DNA of 63,988 nucleotides, filler included, from Octopus bimaculoides (lineage: Eukaryota), in NCBI RefSeq assembly GCF_001194135.2. It is 4 parts of 3 records of this genome, joined end to end, with 100 filler letters (N's around TTAATTAATTAA, not from the genome) between each part and the next. Parts side by side here need not be neighbours in the genome. Positions count along the whole stretch, not along the records: positions 1 to 14,508 come from NC_068990.1; positions 14,609 to 32,252 come from NC_068990.1; 2 more parts are not named here. The stretch is one strand, 5' to 3'. Numbering within the stretch: position 1 is the stretch's first letter; every line of letters starts with the position of its first letter. Positions 14,491 to 24,897 of the stretch are shown here, one piece after another. Both the position numbers and the translations under genes were made by a program. The notes beneath the pieces are model-generated. The model was not told the DNA's origin and made no database searches. It saw only the letters and a program-made list of their open reading frames with translations.

Positions 14491-15588
14491 GAAACCATCA
14501 TTTTTATCNNNNNNNNNNNNNNNNNNNNNNNNNNNNNNNNNNNNNNNNNNNNTTAATTAATTAANNNNNNNNNNNNNNNNNNNNNNNNNNNNNNNNNNNN
14601 NNNNNNNNTGGGATAATGGAATGAACTAAAAAGATAGAGAGTGTATCTACGTATTTAGAGAGAAGCAATAGAGAAAGGGGGGAAAAGATGGTATGATGGA
14701 GAAGAGAGCGAGAGAGAGAAGTTATATAAACTCTTGAAAAAGGATTCGACTTGGATAAGGAAAAATAAATAAATAAATAAAGGAACAAACAATTATATAT
14801 CTGTAACTAAAGAAATTCTCTTTAATCATGAATAATGAAAGTTAAACCTGTCTACAATAATCTCGTAAGTCAAAAGCAAAACAGCAAAACAGAAAACACC
14901 TTATGTACATTTAACCTTCTATTTTCCCTAATATTAAGTTTTCAATAAACGACAGAAAAATAAACAGAACACAAAGATACTTATCTAGTTTTTCCAGAGA
15001 TGGGTATTTCCAAGGCAGTGGAAGATTCTAAACTTCTTTTCAAGCGATGATGATACCATGTACTGCTAAATAGGAGACATTGTTTATGTTTTCGATGTTC
15101 GTAAAGGCTCCTACTTCTTCTGTTTTCCCCTTCTTCCAGACGGTTTTTCTGTAAATTTGTCTTGTTACTTTAACTCAAAAGTTATTCAGACAGATTTTTT
15201 TTTTCCTCTTTTTCTTTTTTGGTCGAAAATCGAAGTTATTTTATGTTGGTGTAGGAATTGTGGAAGGCAATTTAGCACTGGAACATTTTTTGTTTTCCGT
15301 AGTTCTTTGATATTTATTGCTTTGACACATTCTATTCCGTTGTCTATTAGCATTAATGGATATTGTCTTTTAAGTAGTACTTATTTTAGTTCCTGGAGTC
15401 TTTTATTGTGAGTTTCAAGGTTTGAGACAATTGTGCAGATTCTTCTTGCTAGATTGAAGGGGGTATTATTCTTCGTGTGTTTGGAATGGCATGAGGAGAA
15501 TAGTAAGTATTGCTTAGAATCTGTTTGTTTGTAGTGAATATCTGTTTCAATGATTTTGTCTCTTTTGATAATTATTATATCCAGGAAT

Positions 15589-15623
<35 letters not shown>

Positions 15624-16821
15624 NNNNNNNNNNNNNNNNNNNNNNNNNNNNNNNNNNNNNNNNNNNNNNNNNNNNNNNNNNNNNNNNNNNNNNNNNNNNN
15701 NNNNNNNNNNNNNNNNNNNNNNNNNNNNNNNNNNNNNNNNNNNNNNNNNNNNNNNNNNNNNNNNNNNNNNNNNNNNNNNNNNNNNNNNNNNNNNNNNNNN
15801 TTAATATATGTGTACTTCATTTTTGTATCGTTTAAGCAGTACATTAAACAATTAATTGATTAGTTAGTTGGTTAGATATTCAAAAGAAGTGGTATTGGAT
15901 CAGCACATATTGGTATAATGACTCTCCGAAGACATGAAATATATATATGTATCTTTGATATTATTTTTTAAAAATACATGTTTTTTCTGGCCTTCTAGTA
16001 CACATTTGAAATGAAAGACAGTAACCTCTTTTAATACTACCCCCAGTCAAAGTGAAGTGTTCATAACTAGACTATAGTTTATGCACATGCATAAACATAG
16101 CTAACCTCTCATTTGAATTTCTTCTTGGCAAATATTGTATGTTTGAATATCTACATCACTTTGCTATTTGTGTGTAATATAAGCTATAGAAAAATTTCTG
16201 TTGCTCTTTACTTACAAATTTATTATCATTATGTGTTTTTTCCTGCTTCTTTACTAATAATAATATTTTGTTTTAAGCCCATTTCAGTTGCTATTTTGAT
16301 GTTGAAATTTTTGCGGTAGTAAGATATGTTCTTATTATTACAGCTTATGTTTCACTGTCTTTTTACAGTTAATATTCTTCATTTGTTCATCATTGTTTTT
16401 TTAATATTAAATACAATTTATGCTAACAACTGATTTGCAATATTTCGTCTTATAGCTGTCTGCTTTAAATTTTGCATTTTCAGCTGTTACAAGCTTTCAT
16501 TGTTTTATCAAAGGTAAATACACTTTTAGTATTTTTCTTTTCAACATAAGTAATACTAAGATTACATTGTTATTAAATATCTACATATCAGTTTGCTTCA
16601 CTTCACTTTCATTTTGTATGTAACAATATTTGATTACATAACTGCATGTTACATATAAACAAACAATATGCTTCTTTTATTTGGTTTACATCAAAAGAGT
16701 GACAACAATGTGAATGTGATAGGCTTGATTTTTCTCTACACATAAATGTAGATAGGCTAATGGTATTTACAATGATATTGTGCTTAGTAACGAATACAAA
16801 CTGTATTAAAAATGTGCCAAA

Positions 16822-16865
<44 letters not shown>

Positions 16866-17236
16866 TAAAATTTATTGGCAATAAGTTTTCATTGCTTTTA
16901 TAAATGCATGTTCTTTTAATATCAATGTGTTTCATCTTAGAGCTCTATTTTATGTTTTCCACTGTTGACATTCAAGCTTCCTTCATGTTGCATGTCTTGC
17001 CACCGCTCTTCCCACATGCATGCCATATACACTATAGGAATATATGATACAATGATATCAAATTAATGTAAAACTTGCTATCTTAAAAATAACATATTCA
17101 CACTAGTATATATAATGTTACACAATTTGAAGATGTGGCTGACATCAGTAGTTACATTATACAACCCTTATATATGTTGCATGATGTAATTTGTACAACA
17201 AATTAAAACAAAGTTTGATATTAAAGTGGATATTTA

Positions 17237-17432
17237 AGGTGGCAAGCTGGCAGAATCACTAGCATACTGGGCCAAATGCTTAGTTGCATTTCATCTGTTT
17301 TTATGTTCTGAGTTCAAATTCCACTAAGGTTGACTTTGCCTTTCATCCTTCTTGGGTTGATAAAATAAGTACTAGTTGAGCACTGGAGTTGATATAATTT
17401 TACTGGCCTTGTGCCAAAATTTGAAACCAATA
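17237..17432 (+). mobile_element. SINE family A upstream of the ZNF acceptor
   Basis: ggtggcaagctggcagaatc..gagttcaaattcc..ccttgtgccaaaatttgaaacc. Confidence 0.8.
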
Positions 17433-17530
17433 TTAAGGTAGATGTTTATATCAGCAGTTTATAAATTTAGAAATGTAAGATTTCCACTGTTTAATCTTTA
17501 CATTTTAAATATCTTCTGCATCTTATACGG

Positions 17531-17547
17531 TTTCTGTATTATTTCAG
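17531..17547 (+). promoter_or_regulatory. Putative splice acceptor ahead of the ZNF coding exon
   Basis: tttctgtattatttcag ends at 17547, 319 nt upstream of the ATG. A candidate upstream donor GTAAGT at 15503-15508 suggests a non-coding first exon near 15.1-15.5 kb. Confidence 0.4.
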
Positions 17548-17866
17548 AATATCAGATGACATTGGCATAACAGAAGTTTTTGCTTGAGAAGCATCATCAA
17601 TATCTATCATCTTTTAAAGACTAAAGGAAGACACTAGAGAAAAGTGATTATTTTGTTTTGATAAATATATTGTAAATTGCTGTGAAACATTTCTTGTAAT
17701 TGAATGTGAATGTCTGGAAAATTATTTTACTTTCTTATTAAACATGGATTATTAGGAAGTTTATTGCATCTTCTGATCTCATTGATGAGAATATAGCATC
17801 AGAAAGTTTTCATAGGATAAATTATAAAAACAAAAAAAGACATAATTTGTAGTGAGATAATAGAAA

Positions 17867-19045
17867 ATGAATTGTGAGAACAAGGTTAAATGTAAAATAC
17901 AATCTAAAAAGATTGGTTTACCTTATGATATAAGGAAAGAGAAAAGGAAACCATCATACCATTGTGATATCTGTGGTAAATCATTCTGTAGAGAAGGCAA
18001 CTTTACTACTCACAAAAGCATTCACACAGGAGATGAGCCTTATCATTGTGATATATGTGATACATCATTCTCTCACAAAATCCACTTAACAAATCACAAG
18101 CACATTCAGACTGGTGAAAAACCATATCACTGTGACATCTGTGGGAAATCATTTTCTGAAAAGGGCCACTTAACTACACACAAACGTATTCATACAGGAG
18201 AGAAACCATATCACTGTGACATTTGTGGTAAATCTTTCTCTCATGGAATTACCTTAACTAATCATAAACGCATTCATACAGGAGAGAAACCATATCACTG
18301 TGATATTTGTGGTAAATCATTTTCTCGAAATTATCATTTAACTACTCACAAACACATTCATACAGGAGAGAAGCCATACCATTGTGATATCTGTGGGAAA
18401 TTATTCTCTCAAACAAGCCACTTAACCACTCATAAACGTATTCATACAGGAGAAGAACCATACCACTGTGATATCTGTGGTAAATTATTCTCACAAACAA
18501 GTCATTTAACAACTCACAAACGTATTCATAGAGGGGAAAAGCCATATCATTGTGATATCTGTGGAAAATCATTCTCTCGAAATGATTACTTAATTACTCA
18601 CAAACGAATCCATACAGGAGAAAAACCATATCGCTGTGAGATTTGTGGTAAATCATTTTCTCAGAATTGTGAGTTAACATCTCACAAACGGATTCATACA
18701 GGAGAGAAGCCATATCATTGTGATATCTGTGGTAAATCATTCTCTCATGGACTTACCTTAACAACTCACAAACGCATTCACACAGGAGAGAAGCCATATC
18801 ACTGTGATATCTGTGGTAAATCATTCTCTCGAAATCATCATTTGACTGAACACAAACGCATTCATACAGGAGAGAAGCCATACCACTGTGATATCTGTGG
18901 TAAGTCATTCTCCCGAAATGATCACTTAACTAATCACAAACGCATTCATACTGGAGAGAAGCCTTGTCACTGTGATGTCTGTGATAAATCATTCTCTCAA
19001 AAATGTCACTTAACTACACATATATGTATTCATACAGTAGAGTAA
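17867..19045 (+). CDS. C2H2 zinc-finger protein, 13 tandem fingers, no KRAB/BTB/SCAN domain
   Basis: 392-aa ORF: 30-aa leader plus 13 repeats of about 28 aa, CxxC-x12-HxxxH, with TGEKP linkers. Finger 2 has the second His replaced by Gln. Confidence 0.95.
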   Translation: MNCENKVKCKIQSKKIGLPYDIRKEKRKPSYHCDICGKSFCREGNFTTHKSIHTGDEPYHCDICDTSFSHKIHLTNHKHIQTGEKPYHCDICGKSFSEKGHLTTHKRIHTGEKPYHCDICGKSFSHGITLTNHKRIHTGEKPYHCDICGKSFSRNYHLTTHKHIHTGEKPYHCDICGKLFSQTSHLTTHKRIHTGEEPYHCDICGKLFSQTSHLTTHKRIHRGEKPYHCDICGKSFSRNDYLITHKRIHTGEKPYRCEICGKSFSQNCELTSHKRIHTGEKPYHCDICGKSFSHGLTLTTHKRIHTGEKPYHCDICGKSFSRNHHLTEHKRIHTGEKPYHCDICGKSFSRNDHLTNHKRIHTGEKPCHCDVCDKSFSQKCHLTTHICIHTVE

Positions 19046-19489
19046 CTGTATCTTTATCAAAAATACTTCTCTGAAAAAATGTCTTCAATCTACATTGATG
19101 AAATACCTTGTCACTGTGATAATTTTTTGTAAAACCTTCCTTTCAGAATATATGCATGATACTTTACATATATTCTGGATCATATATACATTCTTTCATC
19201 ATATACCATGAGAATTTTGTTAAGTATATATCCCATCAAAGAATGCTTCTGCTGTTGGTTTAGATTTATGTAATTTTATCATTTCTTTTATTTATGCAAA
19301 GTGGATCATATAATTTGTGAATTATCATCATCAAAATGTACATTCTACATACTGGAATGTGTTGAACCTGTCTATTATACATAATGTTACATATAATATG
19401 AATCTTTTGTCATCTTTTCTGTAAGACCTAGAATCCTAACTTCTGATCTCATTACTCATTGTAAATAATCCTTAATAACTTGAAATTGA

Positions 19490-19495
19490 AATAAA
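19490..19495 (+). promoter_or_regulatory. Candidate polyadenylation signal of the ZNF gene
   Basis: AATAAA about 445 nt after the stop codon. The region is AT-rich, so a chance match is possible. Confidence 0.3.
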
Positions 19496-19979
19496 GCTGG
19501 TTCATTATTAAATTATTCACTTATCATTTTATACACAGAACTAGTCAAAAACTTGGGCAATGTATGATAAAAGATGCAAATTTCTCCAAACTGGTCTTCA
19601 CTAACTGTTAACTTTGAAACTGTAATTTAATAATGTTATTTGATACTCAATACCAGGTACCAAAGGTTATGCAGTGAATGAGAAATAAACAATAGGATAA
19701 CTTTGTACATTAAATAGTGGTGGTGATGGACATTGTATACATAATGTAGTCAGTCTGTTGAGGTTAGCCAAGTAAAAAGCATTCTAAGAAAAACATATTT
19801 CACAATTCACTGATACTGTTTAAAATTACATACATGTATAAAACTTACATGTGTGATATTTTGTTATTTATGATATCTAGAACAAACAACACCAGCATAC
19901 AAGGTATTGAAATTTTTATAAAGTGGTATAACTATTGATGTCAATCTTGTCTGCTGTTTTGGGGAATATTGCTGGAAAG

Positions 19980-20238
19980 CAATGGCTCCCAAGCTTTTTC
20001 AGGCTGCTGCCCCCTTGACACCCAGGCCACATTCCTAGCGCCCCATCCCAACTAACCATCACAAGCATAGACCTCTTTCTGAAGCAAATTCACAGCAACT
20101 GTATTTTACAAATAAAATTTAACCTAACAAACCTATTATTTTGTTGTTTTTACACGAATTGCCTTACTTTTCTTCAACACCCCTTGTAATTTTCCAGTGC
20201 TCCCAGTGGGGTAATACCACCTACTTTGGGAGTAAAGT
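19980..20238. mobile_element. Degenerate hAT (Charlie-like) MITE
   Basis: Ends gcaatggctcccaagctttt and ctttgggagtaaagtg resemble CAGTGGTTCCCAAAC-type terminal inverted repeats; no ORF. Confidence 0.45.
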
Positions 20239-21199
20239 GAAAGATAATTTTCTAAATAATTTTACAATGTGAACATTTTTCAGTAAGGTAGTGTGCATCT
20301 TAATGTATACAACTGTAAAGAAGAAAATCGGAATTCATTATTTAACTATATTAAGGGGAAATAAATATCAGTAGTATTGAGGTTACCTGAAATACTTTTG
20401 ATATACTAAGCAAAGTTAGATGTTTCTTTAAATTTCCTTGTTGAGAACAGTAATCCAACACACCATGACATGTAAAGAATGTTATTGTGTTTTGACCAAC
20501 AGATTCATTGCGTACTCAAATCAACAGACATTATTTATATTTTCAGTTCAGTTCAGTAATATGATATTTATAAAGATAGGTGGTGGGATACAGTTATAAC
20601 ATGACAGTTGTTTATTAACCCAACTAAATGAAAATCTCAGTAGACCCTGGCAGTAATTAAAGTCAAAAATTATATGAACAAAACTAAATGCAGGAAACAA
20701 TTCCAGAACTCTACTTTTCAAGTTGTGCTCTGAACTGCTTGTGTCATTCTTATTTTTACCGTTTCTCCATATTTGCATGGGTTGAATGGTCTTCTCAAAC
20801 ACAGCATCTTACTATAATGGGTGTTATGTCCATTTGTCTGTCTGTACCCTCTTCACAGTCAAGCGGTTGGACCAATTGTCACAATGTTTTTCGGTATTAC
20901 AAAGGAGGTAATCAGGCAAGCTTTAAAAAAAAAATGTGAAAAGTATGATTTTTGAAGGTAATTGTTCAGTTTACTGCTATAAAAAATAAATGAAAAATTA
21001 CAGACGTAACAAAAAGTAAATAAAAATTAAGGGGGAGATAACTAATAAAAGAAGCAAAGGGAAGTAATCCAACTTACTTCTCCACTGAATTATGCCACAT
21101 GTGAAAGTTTTAGTTTAGGATAGCTTTATTAATAAATGATTATGATGGCTTTGGTTCAGCTTTAATCGATGTATGAAAAATTACTGATATTGAGCATTG

Positions 21200-21949
21200 T
21201 ATTAACAAATCACCTTTGATTTTTTTTGTCAAAATTCCAGCAATGAGGATTAACTCTGGATCCCTCCCCCCCATCATTTTCTTCGCGAATTTAGAGGTTT
21301 TAAATTTGCGATACTATCCCTTCATTTCCCATCATTGATGGACAGATTCCTAAAGATTCCACTTGTGCATTCACAACAAACAAGACACATGTCCAAACTT
21401 TAGATTGTGTAGGTTTACACATGGCCAGTTATACATCACTATGAGTAGAGCAATGGACTCCAGTAATTTGAAAATTACTGTCGACCAAACAGAAAATATC
21501 ATCTACAAAGAAGTTTTGTAATCATATTGATATTATCAAAAGGAATTTGAGTCATAATTTAAATAAGAAACTGTGAACTTTGAATGTATAAGAATATAAA
21601 CAAGCGTAAAATAGTGTTAAGAACTAAAATAAAAGTATATCTAAATAACATTTTTTTCTTGATACTTTTTATGTAGTGGTTGAAGAAAGCTCTAGCTTTC
21701 GTTAGGAGTGGTCCACATAACCATTCATGATACAGAGGCTGAGAGCCTATTTCAATTCAAGAGTGAATTGTCATCACATGTCACTTAGTTGCAAACATGT
21801 AATATAGCTGCAATATAATGTTGTATCACCAGCAATAAGACACCACCCAGTAATCTATCAAGTCCATTTACACATTTCTCAATGCATACTGCTGTTATGA
21901 CTTCCCCCCTTCATTTTATGCCTCCATTGTACATGGGTAGATTTGCTAG
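21200..21949 (+). mobile_element. Helitron remnant: Pif1-helicase C-terminus and putative 3' end
   Basis: 21364-21521 translates CAFTTNKTHVQTLDCVGL...HGQLYITMSRA...TENIIYKEVL*, matching the Helitron AFAMTINKSQGQTL..VG..HGQLYVA.SR..NIVY.EVL terminus. A weak hairpin at 21924-21936 precedes CTAG|T at 21946-21950. Confidence 0.75.
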
Positions 21950-22632
21950 TCTTGCTAATTGTCATAAATAAAACAGAGCTTGTGTGTGTGTGCGCGTATG
22001 TTCCTTATGGACCCATCCAAAAACTGAGTTGCAGATTTTGATGTATGAGGTATCAAAAGATTCAGTAATCTTTCGGCTACCAAATAAAGTATGTTTTTTG
22101 CACAACTCTTTTTTACTACAAAAATAACCTCAAAAATGAAGTTGGGTTGCCTAATTTTGAGGTCTTTAACTAAGGGAGGCAACTCTGTGTGTGTATTTTG
22201 TGAAAAAATACCTTGTCTCAGAATATTTTACACAATAATTTTTTTAAGAAATCTGGACATCTTTCTTATTGCTAACCATTCAACTTCAAATTACAATTGT
22301 TAATTGTTGGAAGTCAAGTAGACTGAGATATACAAATAGTGTTATCATATAGAGTGGAAGTTCAATATGAAGTTTTGAACTCATCTTGTGGTTAGTAATC
22401 CATTACCTTAAATTTGAAGCCATTAAGTCTTTAAACATATTTTACTGGGTTTAGTCTTTTGACTGTCACCACGATGGAGTATCACCTTCAAAAGTTTAAT
22501 TGATCATTTTGACCTCAGTATGCATTTCAATCTGACATTTATTTTATAGAACTCTGCTTGATGAACTGCTAACTTTGAGACATAGCGGGACACAATACTT
22601 GATTTAACAACAAATGTAAACACACACATATT

Positions 22633-22790
22633 AGGTGCAAGAATGACTGTGTGGTTGAGAAGTTTGCTTCCCAACCACATAATTCCACATTCAGTCCCTC
22701 TGCATAGTACGTACCTTAGGCAGGTGTTTTCTACTATAGCCTTAGGCCAACCACGGAGTTGTGACTGAATTTGGTAGATGGAAACTGCAG
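22633..22790 (+). mobile_element. SINE family B head
   Basis: ggtgcaagaatgactgtgtggttgagaag..ctactatagcc..ggtagatggaaactg. Confidence 0.7.
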
Positions 22791-23149
22791 TGTTATTCAT
22801 CAGAAAATGACTGAAAAACATGTTTATAAAGAATAGTTGTTTGCTTCATACTCCTTGTGTGCTGAATCTATCCATAAGAAAGGAACAAATAATACACTGT
22901 GGCTATAGGTCATAACATGCGGGCATCATGGGTGTATTGCTAGTGTTTCTTAAAATATCCAAATTTCATAAATGAGGTATCAAAATGTTTTTGGACGGTC
23001 TCCAAGATACAGAACAGTAGAAATTACATTTAAATATTTTCAAAAATTCATAGTGATACCTATTTTTAGCTAAGAACAACTGCAGTGTCTTACTGGGCGA
23101 AGGGCATTGGTCATACCCCATTCAGGTGCGAACCCAAACTACATCACAT

Positions 23150-23533
23150 TTTTCCCTTCATTGCAGAATTAACAGTCAAGACTGTTAAAGTATTTTGTCT
23201 GATCAAATTCATCCTATGGTTGCAGAACATTCTAGTTAAGTTGAACATCTTATCTGACCACCACAGTCCCCAGATTTCAATATTATTGAACATTTAGGGT
23301 GCATTTTAGAACAAGTAAGGAGTTGATATCCTCCACCATCATCACTACATGAACTGGAGACTGTTTTAGCTGAAGAATGTACAAAAATTCCTTTGGAAAC
23401 AATTCAAACTTTGTACGAGTTCACACCTCATAGAATTCAAGCTGTAATTACTGCCAAAGGCAGTCCTGCTCTATGTTAAAATAAATTTGTTTAAAATTTT
23501 AAGGTGTTTCCATTATTTTGTCCAAACCCTGTA
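23150..23533 (+). mobile_element. Tc1 (DD34E-type) transposon 3' remnant with right TIR
   Basis: From 23243: EHLI*PPQSPDFNIIEHLGCILEQ...RIQAVITAKG (WPPQSPDLNxIE motif). TIR ggtgtttccattattttgtccaaaccctg at 23503-23531 is followed by TA. Confidence 0.85.
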
Positions 23534-23548
23534 TATATATATTTATAT

Positions 23549-24537
23549 AGGTGGATGACATGCAAATACTCATGAATTGCATTTCTGCTTCTTGCAAGGC
23601 ATTTGGACTTGGCATTAGCCTGGACAAGACTGTTGTAATGTTCCAACCTGCACCAGGAAATCCATATGTGAAACCAGCTATCTTGGTTGAAGGAACAATT
23701 CTGAAGGTAGTAGACAAGTTTGTCTACCTGGGCAGCACACTCAGCCATTCTTGCTCCCTGGATGAGGAATATGTTTCAGGTTGCAGAGAGCAACTAATTC
23801 CTTCCGGTCTTTTCAGTCTCGTGTCTGGTCCCAGCATGACATAGCAAGGCAAACAAAAGTTGCTGTGTACCGTGCTTGTGTACTAACATCGCTCCTCTAC
23901 TCGTGTGAAACATGGACTCTGTACAAACGTCAGGTAAGGGTCCTTAAACGCTTTCATCAAAGATGTCTCAGGCACATTCTCAATGTTGGCTGGACCTCAA
24001 GGATTCCAGACACACAGATCCTGAGGACAGCTGATATCTTGAGTATTGAGGTGATGGTTCACAAGCACCTGTTACATTGCACTGGACACGTTATTAGAAT
24101 GAAGGATAGCAGGATTCCTAAGCAGATGCTCTATGGAGAACTTGTGAATTGAAGGAGACTCCGGCAGAAACCAAGGCTGCGCTTTAAGGACTGTGTCAAG
24201 TCCTCATTAAAGGCCTGTGATATGCAGGACATTAACTGGGAGAACAATGCCTGTCATTGCCACGGATGGAGGAAACAGGTTAAGGAGGGGATCAACACTT
24301 TTGAGAGAGCACGTATCCAGCATGAAGAATTTAAGCGAGCTGCGCGAAAGTGCACAGCTCGTATAGTGAATGGGGAAAGCTTAATCTGCAATGTTTGCAG
24401 TCGTGTACGCTTATCAAGAGCAGGGCTCATTAGCCACCAATGGAGCCGTAAATGCAAAATGTAAGTTGGTACTAGAGCGCAGAATGTTCCTGAAGGACGG
24501 CAATGATCCTCCTTGGTCACGAGTGGACGGCCATCAT
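23549..24537 (+). mobile_element. 5'-truncated RTE-clade LINE (RT C-terminus plus C-terminal zinc-finger-like motif), frameshifted
   Basis: FVYLGSTLS, KVAVYRACVLTSLLYSCETWTLY, GHVIRMKDSRIPKQMLYGEL, KPRLRFKD, CNVCSRVRLSRAGLISHQ; ends in a microsatellite tail. Confidence 0.9.
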
Positions 24538-24565
24538 ATATATGTGTATGTGTATGTATGTATAA

Positions 24566-24611
<46 letters not shown>

Positions 24612-24613
<2 letters not shown>

Positions 24614-24897
24614 GGTTTGAGTACCATCCGTGTAGCATCTCTTATATACATTCCCATTACTTTCACCTATGTTCCTGCCGTAAGGCTTTACTTCCACACA
24701 TGCCAGCTTAATTCAATTTATCCTTAGTCAAAAGACACCTGTTGTTTCTATTTGTAATTGTGTACCATTTTTCCGTGTTTTTCTGTCGTTGTTTTCGTAT
24801 TCATTTGCTTGCTTTCTTCCAAAGAACTAGCACTCTTAGCTTAGATTGTCTTGGGGCTGGCCGGATTAGAGTAGTCTCGAGGGTAACTGGCCAAAAC
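24612..24897. repeat. Unclassified repeat-like segment abutting the truncated gag
   Basis: Non-coding segment with an abrupt junction to gag at 24898; family not assignable from sequence alone. Confidence 0.3.

Noticed and set aside
14553-14564. TTAATTAATTAA islands inside N gaps (also 32297-32308 and 61670-61681)
   Set aside because: An identical 12-mer centred in N runs, giving stops in all six frames: an assembly spacer, not biology.
17950-19030. 84-bp periodic repeats resembling a CRISPR array or minisatellite
   Set aside because: Fully explained by 28-aa zinc-finger coding units.
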